Source: Antedon mediterranea
Lineage: Eukaryota; Animalia; Echinodermata
Assembly: GCF_964355755.1 (NCBI RefSeq)
Contig: NC_092675.1
Coordinates: 24,896,912-24,960,911 of the forward strand
DNA: 64,000 bases
Direction of reading: 5' to 3'
The translations under genes were made by a program, and so were the position numbers. Below are positions 60,385 to 64,000 of this stretch, piece by piece (position 1 is the stretch's first letter; each line of letters starts with the position of its first letter). The notes beneath the pieces are model-generated. The model worked only from the letters and a program-made list of their open reading frames with translations. It was not told the DNA's origin and made no database searches.

Positions 60385-61949
60385 ATAAAAAAATAACATT
60401 ATGTCAAAATGCTTGGTAAATTGTAGATTATGGTAATTAATGAAATGTGTTGTGATACAATTATTTTGTAAATGCATGTGGCGGAGCGTTTATTCCACAT
60501 GATGTTCTATTGGAGGGAATGGAGGCTTTTATTCAAAGCGGGTGTTAATTCGAATAAATACTCGAGCTCAACAGTTAAGAATGCTAGAAGTAACTTACTA
60601 TAGTTACCCGAATAAAAGGTCCGGGCATTTAGTTATTCAGGGAAGGCGTTTATTTTGTTTGGGTGTAATAATGGTAACATGTATAATCAAATAAATACAC
60701 CCCAGATAAAAAAAAAAAAATTAATATAATAAGAATAATAACTGGATTAAACCTCATTCTATCCTGTTGCAAGTACAATCATGTAATAAAAGGTATCACA
60801 GACAACTATAATAGACCAATTCATTGTCATGATTCCGTAACACTGTTGCATAATATTTTTGAATGTTACCGACAAAACTTATAATATAAGTTTTGTCGGT
60901 GTATATTATACAAGTCTGTTCCCAGTGTAGATAATAAAACAATATATGTTTCTGGAGATTTATTATCAATACCACTAGAAACTTTGACATGTTTTAGGTA
61001 CTGAATTCATTGATAATAAAAGCATCAGAAGTTATCATGATAAAATCATACTACAACACTGTACACAAGGGTGTTTTCAGGAAAGCTGGACATATTGTAC
61101 AATAGTAATGAAGCTATGTATTGGCATTTAAAAATATGCAAAAGATTGTTGTCAAATTGTAGTCACAAACAAACAGATGATAGAATGAAGATCCATTATG
61201 AGTGCAATTGTGTCAGGATAATGATGTGTCATTGTTTTATATCATTATACTGGCACCTGGAAGAGAAGATCCATTTAATGTTATCTATGACAGTGTCACT
61301 TTTATTCTAAAAGACAGAAACATTTCGTTAAAAAGCATAAAGAAAACAACGAATCATGTAAAGTACCTTTTATCAGTTGAGAAACGAATTATAATTATTA
61401 AAATTAGAGTATTTATTCGAATTAACACCCGCTTTGAATAAAAGCCTCTCTCAAATAAACGCCACCATTCCCTCTAATAGAACACCATTACATGTGGAAT
61501 ACGCCCGCCACATGCATTTACACAATGATTGTATCACAACACATTACATTAACTACCATAATCTACAATTTACCAAGCATTTTTTTCACTTTTTGATATT
61601 AATTGTGCTGTATTTTTTTTTACATCTAGGTGGTATTTATTTGATTATACATATTACCATATTATACCACAAATAAAGATGCCTCCCCTGCCCCTAAAAA
61701 CCCCTTTGAACAATAAATGCCCGGGGAGTTTAATCGGATACACATGGCAAGTTACTTCTAGCATTCTGAAAAGAACTGTTGAGCTTGACGTTTCTATCAA
61801 TGTTCTTGGGGTCAGCAATAACTAGTACTTGAAATTGAAACAATTTAAAGTATCAGTTATTGCATAACATTACTGTCTAAGGATAAGTTATGTAGAGATA
61901 TGTTTTTTGTTTGAAACATTAGTAATAGTATTTCTGTTCATCTTTTAAC

Positions 61950-62665
61950 CACATTTTCTATTAAAATGAATGTAAATATGTATATTTCGAACAATTTGAT
62001 ACCAAATTTAAGTTTCTAAGACCAGTACTTACAGAGATATGAAGATGCCATGATATGTGGGTCAAAGGTCAGAAATGGCATTTCTGATAATTTTTGACTA
62101 AAATGTCCCATTAGATTGAATATGAAAGCATGCCTTTTGAACATTTTGAGACTAAAATTGACTTGCTGCGACGAGTGGTTGCCGAGATACAAGTATCTAT
62201 TTTTATTTGTTCATATAACCTCTGACCTTGACCCTTTGACCTTTTGTAACATTTTTAAAAATGTGCTACAAATAATAAATATTTATTTCAAACAATTTAA
62301 GACCAAATTTAAGTGTCTACGATCAGTAGTTACGGAGATACATACATGCCCTGAGGTGTGGGTCAAAGGTCAGAAATGGCATTTCCGGTCATTTTTGACT
62401 AAAATGTCCCATTAGACTGAATATAAATGTATACCTTCTGATCAATTTGAGACCAAAATTACTTCGCTGTGACCACTAGTTGTTGAGATTTAAGGACATA
62501 TTGGTGTTTGGTCTTATGACCTTTCACCCTGACCTTTTGACCTTTCGCCACATTTTCAAAATGTGTAACCAAGCCAAAAATGATTGTTTGACCACCCTAA
62601 ACCAATTTCTGGAGTCAAATTCTCTGGACCTCAAAGTGCATACGAAAGTTGATCTAGCTACTAGA
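61950..62665. repeat. ~301-bp tandem duplication with tgaccttgacctttgacc motifs (probably Helentron-associated)
   Basis: Units start at ~62003 and ~62304 and share gtgggtcaaaggtcagaaatggcatttc...tttgactaaaatgtcccattaga. Confidence 0.7.
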
Positions 62666-62753
62666 GTAATAATAAAAGACTTCGTGATTTGTTTAAACAA
62701 ATAATATTAACACTGTTATTATATGAAATATAACTACTGCTTTTTAGTTCACG

Positions 62754-63819
62754 ATGGCTGATTGGTCGAAAGAAAAGATACAGAAGTTCGTATCAAATTT
62801 GAAAGATTTACATACGCATGAAAAACTAGGACAATTCTATGATGATTTTGCTCCACAGTACGATAAAGTGAGTTAATGTCAGTTGTACTTTTTACTTAAA
62901 TGGTAAATTAAAGGTACATTGAAAAGAGAAATAATAAACATACACTCTAAAATTGTATACAATTATGTAGAGGTGTTATCTACTACTACTTTCAGGTACT
63001 GTAGGTCCAAAATCTTTATAAATTATTTTATGAGTTGTCAAAACCAAATCTGTACACAATTGTATACAATTATGTAGATGTGTTGTCTACTACTTTCAGG
63101 TAGGTCTAAAATCTTTATAAATCATTTTATGAGTTGTCAAAACCAAACTGTACTAAACAATGTTGATGTTTTTAAATGAAATCAAAGTAAAATATATCTT
63201 AATTAGGCAGTGAAATCTTTTGGATACGTCGGTCCTTCTATTGCTGTAAAGTTACTTAACAAATATGTTAAGTCAAAAGATGCGTGGATATTAGATGTCG
63301 CAGCAGGAACGGGCCTTGTAGGCGAATATGTAAGTACTATTTTATTGACCAAATCATTAACATAGCAACAGCAAGTTAATTTCAGATTATACTTACAGAT
63401 AAACAGTTATAATATCTGATTTGATAAGAAGAAAATTGTTCTATTCCAACAATTCATTGACCCATCATCTAAAGTCCAAGCAATTCAATTTAAATTTTTT
63501 TCGCATTTCATTCTTTAAATTTCATTTTCAAACCCCCTCAACCCCCCCCCCCCCCCCCAACAAAATAACAATTTGAAACAAAAAGCAAAACTTACACAAT
63601 TATTTCTATCTCAATACAAACTTATAATCTCAAATAAACACGGTTAAATTAACTTCTGATTGTGTCCTTTATAATTTCAGCTGGTTGATTCTGGTTATAC
63701 CAACATCGATGCAGTTGATGGCAGTGTAGCAAGTACAGAAGTAGCTCGTAAAAAGAACATATACAAACATCTATATGTTCAATGGCTTGGTGGTGACAAC
63801 AAATTGAATACCAACAATG
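62754..63819 (+). CDS. METTL27/WBSCR27-like class I SAM methyltransferase, 3' end beyond window
   Basis: Exons 62754-62867 (FYDDFAPQYDK), 63208-63328 (ILDVAAGTGLVGEY, motif I), 63681-63819 (GYTNIDAVDGS...ARKKNIY). Confidence 0.85.
62951..63153. repeat. ~100-bp intronic tandem duplication
   Basis: aattgtatacaattatgtag...gagttgtcaaaaccaaa occurs twice. Confidence 0.85.
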
Positions 63820-64000
63820 GTAAATAATATAATAATATGTTAATCTCTGAATTGGTGCAAATACAATTTTAAAAAGGAGTATTTAACGAGAAAATTAGAT
63901 TGAATTACCTTGTGGTGTGTTGAATGTTTAAAAAAACAATTCGGTGTATTACAGAGTGTAACGAACATTTCATTTGATTCCGTTTGAGATTTATTTGTTT

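Noticed and set aside
61071-61441. Possible coding remnant (ORFs 61071-61310 and 61202-61441)
   Set aside because: No motif that I can confidently recognise.

Overview
AT-rich, intron-containing animal genomic DNA, probably from a marine invertebrate deuterostome (echinoderm-like; inferred from gene content, TE families and CpG pattern). It has six spliced protein-coding genes: OSBPL9 (-, runs off the window start), ZDHHC6 (+), PPWD1 (+), SAS-6 (-), membralin/TMEM259 (+) and a METTL27-like methyltransferase (+, runs off the window end). They include two head-to-head pairs. Introns and intergenic DNA are dense in non-autonomous transposons: Ginger-like, MULE, Academ, P, Harbinger, Tc1/pogo, Helentron, SINE2, SINE3, and an L2 LINE with nested insertions. 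The most interesting signal is pervasive micro-insertion at TA dinucleotides (TA-CAG-TA, TA-CTG-TA, TA-GGCC-TA). Comparing paralogous copies inside the window shows some of these are insertions. They resemble transposon excision footprints, and the GGCC class piles up next to promoters. Other notable items are a 2x17-bp P-element-type footprint, Ginger-like arms carrying different cargo, hammerhead-ribozyme-like cores, and a candidate short OSBPL9 isoform. All calls were made by eye, with no database searches.
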